Assembly (NCBI GenBank): GCA_002340095.1
Contig: DDKS01000067.1
Coordinates: 831-64,830, forward strand
DNA length: 64,000 nucleotides
Origin: Betaproteobacteria bacterium UBA2592
GTDB taxonomy: Bacteria > Pseudomonadota > Gammaproteobacteria > Burkholderiales > Rhodocyclaceae
Direction: 5' to 3'
The notes under the pieces are model-generated. The model saw only the letters and a list, made by a program, of their open reading frames with translations, had not been told where the DNA came from and did not search any database. Within the stretch, counting starts at the first letter, position 1; the number at the start of each line of letters is the position of its first letter. The translations under genes and the position numbers were made by a program. Shown here piece after piece: positions 21,115-32,562 of this stretch.

Positions 21115-22521
21115 TCAGAGAATGTCACGCACATCGGCAAAATGACCTGCAATGGCCGCCGCCGCTGCCATGGCCGGACTCACCAGATGGGTGCGCCCAC
21201 CGGGGCCCTGCCGGCCTTCAAAATTGCGGTTGGAGGTGGACGCGCAGCGCTCGCCGGGCTCCAGACGGTCGGCATTCATGGCCAGGCACATGGAACAGCC
21301 GGGCTCGCGCCATTCAAAACCCGCCGCCACGAAAATCTTGTCCAGCCCCTCGGCCTCGGCCTGGCGCTTGACCAGACCGGAACCCGGCACAGCCAGGGCC
21401 AGCTTGACGCTGTCGGCTTTGCGGCGCCCCTTGAGCACGGCGGCGGCCTGGCGCAGGTCCTCGATGCGGGAATTGGTGCAAGAACCGATGAACACCTTGT
21501 CGATACCGATGGACTTGATCGGAGTGTTGGGGCTAAGGCCCATGTACTGGAGCGCCCGCTCCATGCCTTCTCGCTTGACCGGATCGGATTCCTGGGCCGG
21601 ATCGGGCACGACAGCCGTCACGGGCACCACCATTTCCGGAGAGGTTCCCCAAGTCACCTGAGGCAGGATCGCTTCGGCGCGCAGATCTACCGTGCAGTCG
21701 AAACAAGCCCCCTCGTCAGACCTCAAGGTGCGCCAATAGGCCACGGCCTTGTCCCACAGTTCGCCCTTGGGCGAGAAGGGGCGATCCTTCAAGTAATTGA
21801 TCGTGACATCATCCACGGCCACCAGGCCCAGGCGGGCACCGGCTTCGATGGCCATGTTGCAGAGGGTCATGCGCCCCTCCATGGAGAGGCTGCGGATGGT
21901 GGACCCGCCAAATTCGATGGCATAGCCGGTACCACCGGCCGTACCGATCCTGCCGATGATGGCCAGGGCCAGATCCTTTGCGGTCACGCCCTTGCCCAAC
22001 TGGCCCTCGACGCGGATCAGCATGGATTTGGATTTCTTCTGGATCAGGCACTGGGTAGCCAGCACATGCTCCACCTCGGAAGTACCGATGCCGTGGGCCA
22101 TGCAGGCGAAGGCGCCATGGGTGGAGGTATGGGAATCGCCGCAGACCACGGTCATGCCGGGCAGGGTGGCGCCGTTCTCGGGCCCCACCACGTGGACGAT
22201 GCCCTGGCGCAGGTCCTTGAAGGGGAAATAGGCCAACGCCCCCACCTCGCGAATATTGCTATCCAGGGTTTCCACCTGCTGGCGGGACACCGGATCCTTG
22301 ATGCCCTCGTCCCAATGGTCGGTGGGTGTATTGTGGTCGGCCGTGGCAACGATGGAAGAAACGCGCCAGGGCTTGCGACCCGCCAGCTTCAGCCCCTCGA
22401 AGGCTTGCGGGCTGGTCACTTCGTGGATCAGGTGGCGGTCGATGTAGATCAGGGCCGTGCCATCCGCCTCCTGGCGGACCACGTGATCGTTCCAGAGTTT
22501 GTCGTAAAGCGTTTGCGGCAT
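21115..22521 (-). CDS. leuC: 3-isopropylmalate dehydratase large subunit
   Basis: [15 protein letters not shown]...[15 protein letters not shown], and Fe-S cluster cysteines in the GSCTNSR and GCSMCLAMN contexts. Confidence 0.95.
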   Translation of the reverse strand: MPQTLYDKLWNDHVVRQEADGTALIYIDRHLIHEVTSPQAFEGLKLAGRKPWRVSSIVATADHNTPTDHWDEGIKDPVSRQQVETLDSNIREVGALAYFPFKDLRQGIVHVVGPENGATLPGMTVVCGDSHTSTHGAFACMAHGIGTSEVEHVLATQCLIQKKSKSMLIRVEGQLGKGVTAKDLALAIIGRIGTAGGTGYAIEFGGSTIRSLSMEGRMTLCNMAIEAGARLGLVAVDDVTINYLKDRPFSPKGELWDKAVAYWRTLRSDEGACFDCTVDLRAEAILPQVTWGTSPEMVVPVTAVVPDPAQESDPVKREGMERALQYMGLSPNTPIKSIGIDKVFIGSCTNSRIEDLRQAAAVLKGRRKADSVKLALAVPGSGLVKRQAEAEGLDKIFVAAGFEWREPGCSMCLAMNADRLEPGERCASTSNRNFEGRQGPGGRTHLVSPAMAAAAAIAGHFADVRDIL

Positions 22522-22601
22522 GGGCTGAATCCGGAAACCGGGGAAAGTTGCTGATTATGGCACAGCCAGCGTCATTCTGGACAAGCCGGACAGCAGGAAG
22601 A

Positions 22602-23765
22602 TCAGGCCTGCCCTGCCCCGCACTCCAGTTCGCCCCCCCTGACCCAGCGCCACACCAGCCAGCCCCCCACCAGGGCGGCAAGGGCACTCAGACTGTAAGT
22701 CCAGCCCGCCCCGGCATCCTCCCAGATCAAGCCGCTCACCAGCCCCCCCAGTAACCCCCCCGCACCAAAAGACAGACTCGAATACAGGGCTTGCCCCCTC
22801 GCCTGACTCGAACCCGGAAACCAGAGGCTGACCACCGCAATGGCCGCAGCGTGGTAGGCCCCGAAGGTCAGGGCATGCAACACCTGTCCCAGCAGCACCA
22901 GAGCCAGGCTTTCCACTCCCCAGCCCATCAGCAGAAAACGTAGTACCGCCGCAGCAAAACTGATGAGCAGAATCCGGCGCAAGCCCAGCCAGCGCCCCAG
23001 ACGCGGCATCAGCAGAAAAACCAGGATTTCCGCCAGCACCCCCAGGGACCAGAGCAAGCCCACCTCGGACTTGCTGTAGCCGTGGGCTGCCAGATGGATC
23101 GAATAAAAAATGTAGTACGCCCCGTGGGCCAGGGACATGGCAAAACACGCCCCCAGCAAGGCACGCACCCTGGGCTGGGCCAGAATGCTGCCCACCGGCG
23201 CCTGGACACCCGCAACAGCCCGTTGCTCCGCCTCCGGCAGCAGCAGGGAGCAGACCAGGATACCGGCCAGCACCAGGGTACACACCCAGAGCACCCCCGC
23301 CTCCGGCACCCAGTCCAGCAAGGCCCCGGTACCCAGCACGCTGACGATGAAACCCACCGATCCCCACAGGCGGATGCTGCCGTAGCGGGCAGGCTGACCG
23401 CGCAGATGATCGAAAGTAAGCGTCTCGACCAGCGGCAGCGCCGCGCTCCAAAAAAAGGCCAGGACAGTCATGGCCACCAGCATGGGCTCAAGCCGGTCCA
23501 GCCAGAAAAAGGCCAGGAACCCCAGCAGGCTCATACCTCCAGCCAGACGCACGATTCCGACCCGACCGTGACCCCGGTCCGCCAGCCAGCCCCAGGCATA
23601 TGGCCCCAGGAGCCGCATCAACTGCATCTGGGACATCAGCAAACCGATATCCCAGGCGGAAAAGGCAATGGATTGAAGGTAAAGCCCGAAATACGGGGAG
23701 AAGACCCCGATAAAGGCAAAATAAAAGAAGTAGTAGCCGGACAGGCGCCAGTAAGGCAATTGCAT
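22602..23765 (-). CDS. MFS transporter, HcaT/PPP-like
   Basis: MQLPYWRLSGYYFFYFAFIGVFSPYFGLYL... with 12 predicted TM segments. The start was chosen by N-terminal alignment to HcaT-like proteins. An alternative GTG start lies at 23813. Confidence 0.8.
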   Translation of the reverse strand: MQLPYWRLSGYYFFYFAFIGVFSPYFGLYLQSIAFSAWDIGLLMSQMQLMRLLGPYAWGWLADRGHGRVGIVRLAGGMSLLGFLAFFWLDRLEPMLVAMTVLAFFWSAALPLVETLTFDHLRGQPARYGSIRLWGSVGFIVSVLGTGALLDWVPEAGVLWVCTLVLAGILVCSLLLPEAEQRAVAGVQAPVGSILAQPRVRALLGACFAMSLAHGAYYIFYSIHLAAHGYSKSEVGLLWSLGVLAEILVFLLMPRLGRWLGLRRILLISFAAAVLRFLLMGWGVESLALVLLGQVLHALTFGAYHAAAIAVVSLWFPGSSQARGQALYSSLSFGAGGLLGGLVSGLIWEDAGAGWTYSLSALAALVGGWLVWRWVRGGELECGAGQA

Positions 23766-23864
23766 GGCGGACACAGGAGCAACTCCGGAAAAGGGCGGCG
23801 CCAGGCGCCGCACCCCTTCAGACTACCCGGCCCCCCAGGCAGTGTCCATGAACCCCGAACGGCA

Positions 23865-25451
23865 TCAGCCCAGCATGCCCTTGATCATGAAGAACAGCAT
23901 GGCGGCCAGGATGGCGGAAGCGGGCACCGTGATGACCCAGGCGGCGGCAATCTTGAGCAGTTGGGAGCGTTTCACCAGTTCCTGGCGATAGACCCGCTTG
24001 AGCCCCTTGCGCTCCAGCTTGGAAAAGTTGGCCGGATCCATGCGCATTTTCGAACGCAGCTTCAGCTCCACCAACATTTCCCCCTTCTCCTGCACGGAAG
24101 CCGCCTTGAATCGCGCCAGAAAGGCATTGATGGCCACCAGATCTCCCTCCGGATGATGTGCCCGGATCTCTTCCTCCATCCGGGCATAGTTGGCTTTCAA
24201 ATACTCGCGCAGGAAACCCACGCCGAAAACCCCGCCCACCGCAATGTGAGTGGAACTCACCGGCAGGCCCATCTGGCTCGCCACGATCACGGTAATGGTC
24301 GCCGACATGGCAATGCAGTAGGCCCGCATCTTGTCCAGCTCGGTAATCTCGGAGCCGACGGTACGGATCACCTTGGGTCCGAACAAGGCCAGACCAATGG
24401 AAATACCCAGCCCCCCCACCATCATCACCCACAAGGGAATCGCCGCCTTGTCCGCGACCGTGCCGGCACCGGAGGACACCGCGTTGTAAATCGCCGCCAG
24501 CGGCCCGATGGCATTGGCCACATCATTCGCACCGTGGGCAAAACTGAGCAGCGCGGCCGAGAAGATCAGCGGCACGGTAAAGAGCTGATTGACGCTCTCC
24601 TTGCTGTTCTCGATCCGGCCCATGCGCGCCCGCAGGAAAGGACGCAAGCTGGCATACACCAGCGCCCCCACTCCGAAACCGGCGATGGTGGCCGTAAGCA
24701 CCCCCACCTTCCAGATCTTGTTCAACCCCTTGAGCATCAGATAAGTGGTGAAGGACCAGGCCATCAGCGCCACCAACAGGGGCACCATGCGCACGGCCGC
24801 CTCCACCATATCCTGCTTGTAGGTGATGCTGCGCTTGATGAGATACAAGAACCCCGCCGCAAAAACCCCGCCCAGCACCGGAGAAACCACCCAGCTCGCC
24901 ACGATCTCGGTCATGGTGTCCCAGTTCACCACGTCCAGGCCGGCCGCAGCGGCACCCGCACCAAGAATCGCCCCCACGATGGAATGGGTGGTGGAAACCG
25001 GAGCCCCTACGGCCGTTGCGATGTTCAGCCAGAGCGCCCCGGCCAGCAGCGCCGCCATCATCAACCATATATAGACATCGCCGGCCGGCAGCCGAGTGGG
25101 ATCAATGATGCCGCTACGGATAGTAGTCACCACATCCCCACCGGCAATCAACGCGCCCGATGCCTCGAAAATCGCCGCAATGGTCAGCGCCCCACCCAGG
25201 GTCAGGGCGTGGGAACCCACCGCCGGACCCACATTGTTCGCCACATCGTTGGCACCGATATTCATGGCCATGTAACCGCCGATCATCGCGGCCATGACCA
25301 GCAGCATGCTGCCCCGTTCCAGTTCCAGCGTCGAGGTGTACAACATCACCCCGACGATGAAGATCAGGCCAATGCCCAGCCTGAAAAGTTCGTTCTGACC
25401 TTTTTTGGTAGCTTTTTCAATGTCGTTTATATGTTTGAGTTCCACACTCAC
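23865..25451 (-). CDS. pit: Inorganic phosphate transporter, PiT family
   Basis: Duplicated PiT signature GANDVAN (NIGANDVANNVGP and HGANDVANAIGP) and many TM segments. The start may be the second GTG at 25445, which has better spacing to GGGAGA. Confidence 0.9.
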   Translation of the reverse strand: MSVELKHINDIEKATKKGQNELFRLGIGLIFIVGVMLYTSTLELERGSMLLVMAAMIGGYMAMNIGANDVANNVGPAVGSHALTLGGALTIAAIFEASGALIAGGDVVTTIRSGIIDPTRLPAGDVYIWLMMAALLAGALWLNIATAVGAPVSTTHSIVGAILGAGAAAAGLDVVNWDTMTEIVASWVVSPVLGGVFAAGFLYLIKRSITYKQDMVEAAVRMVPLLVALMAWSFTTYLMLKGLNKIWKVGVLTATIAGFGVGALVYASLRPFLRARMGRIENSKESVNQLFTVPLIFSAALLSFAHGANDVANAIGPLAAIYNAVSSGAGTVADKAAIPLWVMMVGGLGISIGLALFGPKVIRTVGSEITELDKMRAYCIAMSATITVIVASQMGLPVSSTHIAVGGVFGVGFLREYLKANYARMEEEIRAHHPEGDLVAINAFLARFKAASVQEKGEMLVELKLRSKMRMDPANFSKLERKGLKRVYRQELVKRSQLLKIAAAWVITVPASAILAAMLFFMIKGMLG

Positions 25452-25481
25452 TCTCCCGCTGTTCTCGAAGCGGGGCGTATT

Positions 25482-25510
25482 GTTTCACAATCGTTACAAA
25501 ATAGTGACAT
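25482..25510 (-). promoter_or_regulatory. Pho-box-like phased direct repeats upstream of pit
   Basis: Minus strand reads aTGTCACtatttTGTAACgattgTGAAAC. Three TGnnAC hexamers start exactly 11 nt apart, 31-59 nt upstream of the pit start. The first matches the PhoB half-site TGTCA(C/T). Confidence 0.3.
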
Positions 25511-25670
25511 TCCGAAACCCTCCCGCCTCAAAACGAGCCTCCCGCATGGAATGCCCGAGTAAGGATATTTGCCGTTTTACGCAACAAAAACCATCGACAA
25601 ATCCTGTGGTTTCAGGCGACATGACTCCCCCCCTGCTAAAATCCACCCTTTGCCCGATACCGACAAGCCC

Positions 25671-28262
25671 ATGAGCAAGTCCGCCGACAGCGCCAAGCAC
25701 ACCCCGATGATGCAGCAGTACCTGGCTCTCAAGGCCCAGCATCCGGACACCTTGCTGCTGTATCGCATGGGGGACTTCTACGAGCTGTTCTACGGGGATG
25801 CGGAAAAGGCGGCGCGGCTGCTGGACATTACCCTCACCACCCGGGGCCAGTCGGCCGGGGCGCCCATCAAGATGGCGGGGATTCCCTACCACGCGCTGGA
25901 GAGCTACTTGGCCAAGCTGGTGAAGCTGGGGGAATCGGTGGTGATCTGCGAGCAGATCGGCGATCCTGCCACCAGCAAGGGGCCGGTGGAGCGGGCCGTG
26001 GCCCGCATCGTTACCCCAGGCACCCTCACTGATGCCTCCTTGCTGGACGAACGCCGGGATGTGCTGCTCCTGGCCCTGACCCAGGCGCGCCAGACGGTGG
26101 GCCTGGCCCGCTTGAATCTGGCCAGCGGCGAATTCATCCTCACCGAGATTCCCGCCGCCCAGCTGGGCGCCACCCTGGAGCGCATCCGCCCGGCGGAAAT
26201 CCTGCTGCCGGACGGGCTGGACATCAGCCTGCCCGAAGGGGTGGCCCGTACCCGGCGGCCGGACTGGCATTTCGAGCCGGACAGCGCCAAAGCGCTGCTC
26301 TGTGACCATTTCAAAGTACGCTCCCTGGGCGGCTTCGGGGCCGATGACTTGGGCCCCGCCCTGGCGGCGGCCGGCGCCCTGCTCCAGTACGCTCAGGCCA
26401 CCCAGGCCCGGGCCCTGCCCCACGTGCAGGGCCTGCAGGTGGAACTGGAAAGCGCCTACCTGGGTCTGGACACGGCCACCCGGCGCAATCTGGAACTCAC
26501 CGAGACCCTACGGGGCCAACCGGCCCCCACCCTGTTCTCCTTGCTCGACACCTGCGTCACCAGCATGGGGGCCCGCTACCTACGCCACGCCCTGCATCAT
26601 CCCCTGCGCAACCCGGCCCTGCCCACTGCCCGCCAGGAGGCGGTGGCCGTGCTGCTGGAAGACTACGGCCATCTGGCCGGGCAGGTGCGCCAGGCCCTGA
26701 AGGGCCAAGCCGACCTGGAACGCATCGCCGGGCGCATTGCCCTGATGAACGCCCGCCCCCGGGACCTGTCCGCCCTGCGGGATTCCCTGGCCCGGCTGCC
26801 GGAACTGGCAGCCCCCCTTCTCTCTGCCCGAGATGCCAGCCCTCTGCTGGCCGAATTGGCAGCCGAACTGGTGGCTCCTGGGGAGGCCCTGGAACTTCTC
26901 AACCGGGCCATTGCCGCCGAACCCGCCGCCCAGATCCGGGACGGGGGCGTGATCGCCCCCGGTTATGACGCAGAGCTGGACGAACTCCGGGCCCTGAACG
27001 ACAACTGCGGCGCCTTCCTGATGGACCTGGAAGCGCGAGAGCGGGAACGCACCGGCATTCCCAGCCTCAAGGTGGAATACAACAAGGTGCATGGCTTCTA
27101 CATCGAGGTGACTCACACCCACGGGGACAAAATTCCCACGGATTACCGCCGCCGCCAGACCCTGAAGAATGCTGAACGTTACATCACCCCGGAGCTGAAG
27201 GCCTTCGAGGACAAAGCTCTGTCCGCCCAGGAGCGGGGCCTGGCCCGGGAAAAGGCCCTGTTCGAGGACATCCTCAACCGTCTGCAGCCGGAGGTCAGCC
27301 GCCTGCTGGCCATCGCCCGGGCCGTGGCCCAGCTCGACATGCTCGCCAGTTTCGCGGACACGGCCCTGCGCCGCAACTGGTGCCGGCCCGAGTTCAGCAG
27401 CGAGCCGGGCATCCACATCCAGGGCGGGCGCCACCCGGTGGTGGAGGGAGAAATGGAAGGCAGCGGCGACACCTTCATTGCCAACGACGTGGATCTTTCC
27501 GACAACCGCCGCCTGCTACTCATCACCGGTCCCAACATGGGTGGTAAATCCACCTACATGCGCCAGACAGCCCTGATCGCCCTGCTCGCCCATGTGGGCA
27601 GCTTCGTGCCCGCGCAAGCGGCCACCCTGGGCCCCCTGGACCGCATCTTCACCCGCATCGGCGCTTCTGACGACCTGGCTTCAGGCCGCTCCACCTTCAT
27701 GGTGGAAATGACCGAGGCCGCCGCCATTTTGCACCACGCCAGCCCCAACAGCCTGGTGCTGATGGACGAGATCGGCCGGGGCACCTCCACCTTCGACGGC
27801 CTGGCCCTGGCCTTTGCCATCTGCCGTCACCTGCTGGAGAAGAACCGCAGCCTGACCCTGTTCGCCACCCACTATTTCGAACTTACCCGCCTGGCCCAGA
27901 ACTATCCCACCCTGGCCAACGTGCATCTGGATGCGGTAGAGCACGGGGAGCGCATCGTCTTCCTGCACACGGTGGAAGAAGGCCCGGCCAACCAAAGTTA
28001 CGGCATCCAGGTGGCAGCTCTGGCGGGTATGCCCGGAGCCGTGGTGCGGGCGGCCAAAAGGCAGTTGCGGGAGCTGGAACAAAAGGCTTCGGAACCCCCC
28101 TTGCAGCCGGACCTGTTCGCCAGCGCCCCGGCTCTGGAGCCAGAAGTGCATATCGAGCCCCATCCGGTGCTAAAGCAACTCGAAGTCCTGGACCCGGACA
28201 GCCTCACCCCCCGGGAAGCCCTGGATGCCCTGTACCGCCTGAAGGAAGCTCTGTGCCAATGA
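25671..28262 (+). CDS. mutS: DNA mismatch repair protein MutS
   Basis: [31 protein letters not shown], Walker [19 protein letters not shown]. Confidence 0.96.
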   Translation: MSKSADSAKHTPMMQQYLALKAQHPDTLLLYRMGDFYELFYGDAEKAARLLDITLTTRGQSAGAPIKMAGIPYHALESYLAKLVKLGESVVICEQIGDPATSKGPVERAVARIVTPGTLTDASLLDERRDVLLLALTQARQTVGLARLNLASGEFILTEIPAAQLGATLERIRPAEILLPDGLDISLPEGVARTRRPDWHFEPDSAKALLCDHFKVRSLGGFGADDLGPALAAAGALLQYAQATQARALPHVQGLQVELESAYLGLDTATRRNLELTETLRGQPAPTLFSLLDTCVTSMGARYLRHALHHPLRNPALPTARQEAVAVLLEDYGHLAGQVRQALKGQADLERIAGRIALMNARPRDLSALRDSLARLPELAAPLLSARDASPLLAELAAELVAPGEALELLNRAIAAEPAAQIRDGGVIAPGYDAELDELRALNDNCGAFLMDLEARERERTGIPSLKVEYNKVHGFYIEVTHTHGDKIPTDYRRRQTLKNAERYITPELKAFEDKALSAQERGLAREKALFEDILNRLQPEVSRLLAIARAVAQLDMLASFADTALRRNWCRPEFSSEPGIHIQGGRHPVVEGEMEGSGDTFIANDVDLSDNRRLLLITGPNMGGKSTYMRQTALIALLAHVGSFVPAQAATLGPLDRIFTRIGASDDLASGRSTFMVEMTEAAAILHHASPNSLVLMDEIGRGTSTFDGLALAFAICRHLLEKNRSLTLFATHYFELTRLAQNYPTLANVHLDAVEHGERIVFLHTVEEGPANQSYGIQVAALAGMPGAVVRAAKRQLRELEQKASEPPLQPDLFASAPALEPEVHIEPHPVLKQLEVLDPDSLTPREALDALYRLKEALCQ

Positions 28263-29230
28263 CCCGCAAGCTCGCCTCCTGGCTGCTGGCTCTGGCCCTG
28301 GGGCTGGCCTTTGGTTTCAACCTGGAAACCGCCCAGGCCGAGACCTGGCATTTCGGCCTGCTGGGCGATGTACCCTACTCGGAACAAGAGCGGGCCGAGC
28401 TGCCAAAGATGCTGGCGGCCATGGCTGCGGAAAGCGGGACGGACAAACCCGCCTTCATCGCCCATATCGGCGACATCAAGCACGGCAAGGACCGCTGCGA
28501 CGACGCCCTGTTCCAGGACCGCTACCATCTGTTCCAGGCCAGCCCGGTGCCCCTGGTCTTCGTGCCTGGCGACAATGAATGGACGGATTGCGACCGGGCC
28601 AGCAACGGCAGTTATGAGCCCCGGGAACGGCTGGCGAAGCTGCGGGAAATCTTCTGGTCAAACGACAGGAGCCTGGGCCGACAGCAACTCAGGCTGGAAC
28701 GGCAAGCCGGGCCATGGCGGGAACACAGCCGCTTCCGCCTGGGGCCTGTGCTGTTCGTCACCCTCAACCTGCCCGGGGGCAACAACAACTGGGGCATGAC
28801 CGACAAGCCCAGTGCCGAATACCTTGAGCGCAACCCGGCGGTAATCGCCTGGTTGGTGGATGCCTTCGCCCTGGCGCGGCAGGAAAAGCTGCAAGGCGTA
28901 GTGCTGCTGTTCCAGGCCAACCCGGGCTTCAAGTATTTCGCCAAGGGCCTGGGCATTTCCGGCTACCGGCAGTTCCTGGAAACCCTGCGCCAGGAAACCG
29001 AGCGCTTCGGCCAGCAGGGCGGCCAGGTGGTGGCGGTGCACGGGGACACCCACCAGTTCCGGGTGGACCAGCCCCTGCGGGACCGCGAGGGCAAGGTGCT
29101 CGCCAACTTCACCCGGGTGGAGACCTTCGGTTATCCGCTCATGGGCTGGGTGCGGGGCAGCATCGACACGACCGAGCCGGGCCTGTTCCGCTTCGAGGCC
29201 CATCCCTGGCCCCCGCGGCAAAGCCCCTGA
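28259..29230 (+). CDS. Secreted calcineurin-like metallophosphoesterase
   Basis: [27 protein letters not shown] (Sec signal), then [20 protein letters not shown] metallophosphoesterase motifs. ATG 28259 overlaps the mutS TGA (ATGA). Confidence 0.8.
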   Translation: MTRKLASWLLALALGLAFGFNLETAQAETWHFGLLGDVPYSEQERAELPKMLAAMAAESGTDKPAFIAHIGDIKHGKDRCDDALFQDRYHLFQASPVPLVFVPGDNEWTDCDRASNGSYEPRERLAKLREIFWSNDRSLGRQQLRLERQAGPWREHSRFRLGPVLFVTLNLPGGNNNWGMTDKPSAEYLERNPAVIAWLVDAFALARQEKLQGVVLLFQANPGFKYFAKGLGISGYRQFLETLRQETERFGQQGGQVVAVHGDTHQFRVDQPLRDREGKVLANFTRVETFGYPLMGWVRGSIDTTEPGLFRFEAHPWPPRQSP

Positions 29231-29243
29231 GCCGGAATCACAC

Positions 29244-29263
29244 AGGGCCCCGTCCGGGGCCCT
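29244..29263. terminator. GC hairpin between convergent genes (metallophosphoesterase / rbfA)
   Basis: AGGGCCCC-GTCC-GGGGCCCT. There is no clear U-tract on either strand. Confidence 0.45.
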
Positions 29264-29266
29264 GGC

Positions 29267-29674
29267 TCATTCGGGATCCTTGCTCCCGGTATCCGGCAGA
29301 CCTTCGCCATCCCCACCGCTACTGCTGCGGGACAGGGCTGCCGCCTCGTCGATGAGCCGGGAAAGACTGGCCCCCCGCTCCAGGGAATCGTCGTGGATGA
29401 AGTGCAGTTCCGGCAGGGTGTGGATGCGCACCCGCCGGCCCAGTTCCCGGCGCAGGAAGCCGGAAGCCCGGCGCAGCCCGGCCTGGATTTCCGGCAGATG
29501 GGAAATGTCCAGGGTGGTGAAAAAAATCTTCGCGTGGGCGTAATCCGGGGTCAGCTCGACGGCAGTGAGGCTGATCATGCCCACACGGGGGTCCTTGAGT
29601 TCGCTACGGATGATCTCGGCCAGATCCCGGCGGATCTGCTCGGACACCCGGTCCGAGCGGGAAAAGCTTTTCAT
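29267..29674 (-). CDS. rbfA: Ribosome-binding factor A
   Basis: MKSFSRSDRVSEQIRRDLAEIIRSELKDPRVGMISLTAVELTPDYAHAKIFF. Confidence 0.92.
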   Translation of the reverse strand: MKSFSRSDRVSEQIRRDLAEIIRSELKDPRVGMISLTAVELTPDYAHAKIFFTTLDISHLPEIQAGLRRASGFLRRELGRRVRIHTLPELHFIHDDSLERGASLSRLIDEAAALSRSSSGGDGEGLPDTGSKDPE

Positions 29675-29749
29675 GTCATGACTCCCGGAAAAGGGAAGCG
29701 AGGCCGGGACCGGCAGGCCCCGCCTCGCTGCACGGATTCCATCTGCTGC

Positions 29750-32551
29750 CTAGAGGGTGCGGGCCACTTCCTGGATTTCGTAGGCTTCAAGCATGTCGCC
29801 TTCCTTGATCTCGTTGAAGTTCTTGAGGGAAAGACCGCACTCGAAACCAGCCTTGACTTCCTTCACGTCATCCTTGAAACGCTTGAGGGAGTCGAGCTCG
29901 CCATCCCAAGTGACCACGTTGTTGCGCAGCAGACGGATGCGGGAATTGCGCCTGACCACGCCTTCTTGCACCAGACAACCGGCAATGGCGCCCACCTTGG
30001 AGATGAAGAAGACCTGGCGTATCTCCACCATGCCGGTGATGACCTCCTTTTTCTCGGGCGCCAGCATCCCGGACAGGGCGGCCTTCACCTCATTCACGGC
30101 ATCGTAAATGATGTTGTAGTAGCGGATGTCCACCCCGAAGCTTTCGGCCAGCTTGCGGGCATTGGCATCGGCACGGGTATTGAAGCCGATGATCACGGCA
30201 CCGGAGGCCTGAGCCAGGTTCACGTCGGATTCGCTGATCCCCCCCACGGCGCTGTGGATCACATTCACCCGCACTTCCTCGTTGGACAGCTTGGTCAGGG
30301 TCTGCACCAGGGCCTCCTGGGAACCCTGCACGTCCGCCTTGATGATGAGCGGCAGGCTCTTGACCTCGCCCTCGCCCATCTGTTCAAACATGTTCTCGAG
30401 CTTGGCGGCCTGCTGCTTGGCCAGCTTCACATCACGGAACTTGCCCTGGCGGAACAGGGCGATTTCGCGGGCCTTCTTTTCGTCGGCCATGACAATGGCC
30501 TCCTCGCCTGCGGCCGGCACATCGGAAAGACCGAGGATTTCCACAGGGATGGAAGGGCCAGCCTCCTTGATGGTCTTGCCATTCTCGTCCAGCATGGCAC
30601 GGATGCGACCGAACACCTGGCCGGCCAGCACCACGTCACCCTGCTTCAGGGTGCCGGACTGCACCAGCATGGTGGCCACGGGGCCACGGCCCTTGTCGAG
30701 GCGAGCTTCGATGATCAGGCCCTTGGCCGGTGCTTCCTTCGGGGCCTTCAGTTCCAGGATTTCAGCCTGAAGCAGCACGTTCTCCAACAGCTCATCGATG
30801 CCCATGCCCTTCTTGGCAGAAACCGGGATGAAGGGAGAGTCGCCACCGTATTCTTCCGGCACAACCCCCTCGGCCACCAGTTCCTGCTTGACCCGGTCGG
30901 GATTGGCTTCGGGCTTGTCGATCTTGTTCACCGCCACGACGATGGGCACACCTGCGGCCTTGGCATGGTGGATGGCTTCCTTGGTCTGGGGCATCACGCC
31001 GTCGTCGGCGGCCACCACCAGGATGACGATGTCGGTGGCCTTGGCACCACGAGCCCGCATGGCCGTGAAGGCCTCGTGCCCCGGGGTATCCAGGAAGGTG
31101 ATCATGCCGCGCTCGGTTTCCACATGGTAGGCACCGATGTGCTGGGTGATGCCACCGGCTTCGCCGGAGGCCACCTTGGCGCGTCGGATGCAGTCCAGCA
31201 GCGAGGTTTTGCCGTGGTCCACGTGGCCCATCACAGTGACCACGGGAGCACGAGGCTCCAGGGGGGCATCCTTGTGTTCAGCGTGGTGGTCGTCCAGGAA
31301 GGCATCCGGGTCGTCCAGCTTGGCGGCAACCGCCACGTGGCCCATCTCCTCCACCACGATCATGGCGGTTTCCTGGTCCAGCACCTGGTTGATGGTGACC
31401 ATGGATCCCATCTTCATCAGGGTCTTGATGACCTCGGTGGCCTTGACGGACATCTTGTGAGCCAGATCGGCCACGGAGATGGTCTCGGGCACATGCACCT
31501 CACGCACGATGGGCTCGGTGGGCGCCTGGAAACTGCCTTCGCCATCGTTCTTGTGGGCAGTCTTCCTGCCATGCTTGCCGCCTTCCTTCCAGCCGGTGCC
31601 GCCCACGGCACCCCGAGTCTTGAGGCCGCTCTTCTTTTTGCCGTCCTCCCAGGCATCCTTGCCGCTCTTGCCTTTCTTGTCGGCATCGGGTTTCTTGTGC
31701 AGGGTCTTGTCGGAAGGCTTGGCTTCGGTGGTGGCCTGGGCTGCCGCCTGCTGCTTGGCGGCTTCGGCGGCCTTGGCAGCGGCGGCCTTTTCTTCGGCCT
31801 CCCTGCGCAGCCGGGCCAGCTCGGCCTGACGTTCCTGCTTTTCCTTCAGTTCCCGGGCCTGGCGCTCCAACAGTTCCCGCTGGCGGCGTTCTTCTTCGGC
31901 CCGGGCGCGTAGCTCGGCCTCGTCGAGGAAGGATTGCTTGACCACGGTCTTGACCTTGCGCACCGGCGCGGCCCCCTCCGCCGGCGCGGCGGCCTTGGGA
32001 GCCTGGACCGGAGCGGGCTCCGCTGCCGGCACGGCAGCCGGAACGGGCTGGACGACCGGAGCAGGTTCAGGGGCAGGCTCCGGCGCCGGCTCGGGTTCGG
32101 ATGTCACGGGGGCCGCCACCACGGATTCCGGCTCGACCGGAGCGGCGGCCCCGGGGTCGGAAGCCGGCACCACGGGCTCGGGCTTGAGTTCAGCCGCCTG
32201 ACGGGCTTCGGCAGCCTTGGCCTCCGCTGCCGCTGCCGCGGCCAGCTCGGCGGGGTCGCGCTTGACCAGCACCCGCTTCTTGCGCACTTCCACCTGCACG
32301 GTCCGGGCCCGGCCCTGGGCATCGGTGGCACGGATTTCCGTGGTCTCCTTGCGGGTCAGGGTGATCTTGGTCTTGGTATCGGCTTCGCCATGGGAACGGC
32401 GCAGAAAATCCAGCAACCTGGCCTTGTCCTGATCCGTCAGGCTATCCTGGGGTCCCTGTTTGCTCACGCCTGCCTTGGCGAGCTGTTCCAGCAGGGCGTC
32501 CACCGGCATTCTCAGCTCGCCGGCAAACTGGGCAACGGTCGTTGTCGTCAT
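29750..32551 (-). CDS. infB: Translation initiation factor IF-2
   Basis: [24 protein letters not shown]..., an Ala/Glu/Pro/Lys-rich linker, G-domain [39 protein letters not shown] precedes ATG 32551. Confidence 0.96.
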   Translation of the reverse strand: MTTTTVAQFAGELRMPVDALLEQLAKAGVSKQGPQDSLTDQDKARLLDFLRRSHGEADTKTKITLTRKETTEIRATDAQGRARTVQVEVRKKRVLVKRDPAELAAAAAAEAKAAEARQAAELKPEPVVPASDPGAAAPVEPESVVAAPVTSEPEPAPEPAPEPAPVVQPVPAAVPAAEPAPVQAPKAAAPAEGAAPVRKVKTVVKQSFLDEAELRARAEEERRQRELLERQARELKEKQERQAELARLRREAEEKAAAAKAAEAAKQQAAAQATTEAKPSDKTLHKKPDADKKGKSGKDAWEDGKKKSGLKTRGAVGGTGWKEGGKHGRKTAHKNDGEGSFQAPTEPIVREVHVPETISVADLAHKMSVKATEVIKTLMKMGSMVTINQVLDQETAMIVVEEMGHVAVAAKLDDPDAFLDDHHAEHKDAPLEPRAPVVTVMGHVDHGKTSLLDCIRRAKVASGEAGGITQHIGAYHVETERGMITFLDTPGHEAFTAMRARGAKATDIVILVVAADDGVMPQTKEAIHHAKAAGVPIVVAVNKIDKPEANPDRVKQELVAEGVVPEEYGGDSPFIPVSAKKGMGIDELLENVLLQAEILELKAPKEAPAKGLIIEARLDKGRGPVATMLVQSGTLKQGDVVLAGQVFGRIRAMLDENGKTIKEAGPSIPVEILGLSDVPAAGEEAIVMADEKKAREIALFRQGKFRDVKLAKQQAAKLENMFEQMGEGEVKSLPLIIKADVQGSQEALVQTLTKLSNEEVRVNVIHSAVGGISESDVNLAQASGAVIIGFNTRADANARKLAESFGVDIRYYNIIYDAVNEVKAALSGMLAPEKKEVITGMVEIRQVFFISKVGAIAGCLVQEGVVRRNSRIRLLRNNVVTWDGELDSLKRFKDDVKEVKAGFECGLSLKNFNEIKEGDMLEAYEIQEVARTL

Positions 32552-32562
32552 GCTTCTCCCCC

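Noticed and set aside
22522-22601. A possible leucine leader peptide or attenuator upstream of leuC
   Set aside because: The only short ORF there (MTLAVP) has a single Leu codon, and no terminator/antiterminator hairpins are visible.
23082-25562. An 826-aa plus-strand ORF
   Set aside because: Antisense to the MFS and PiT genes. His/Gly/Gln/Arg-rich with no motif.
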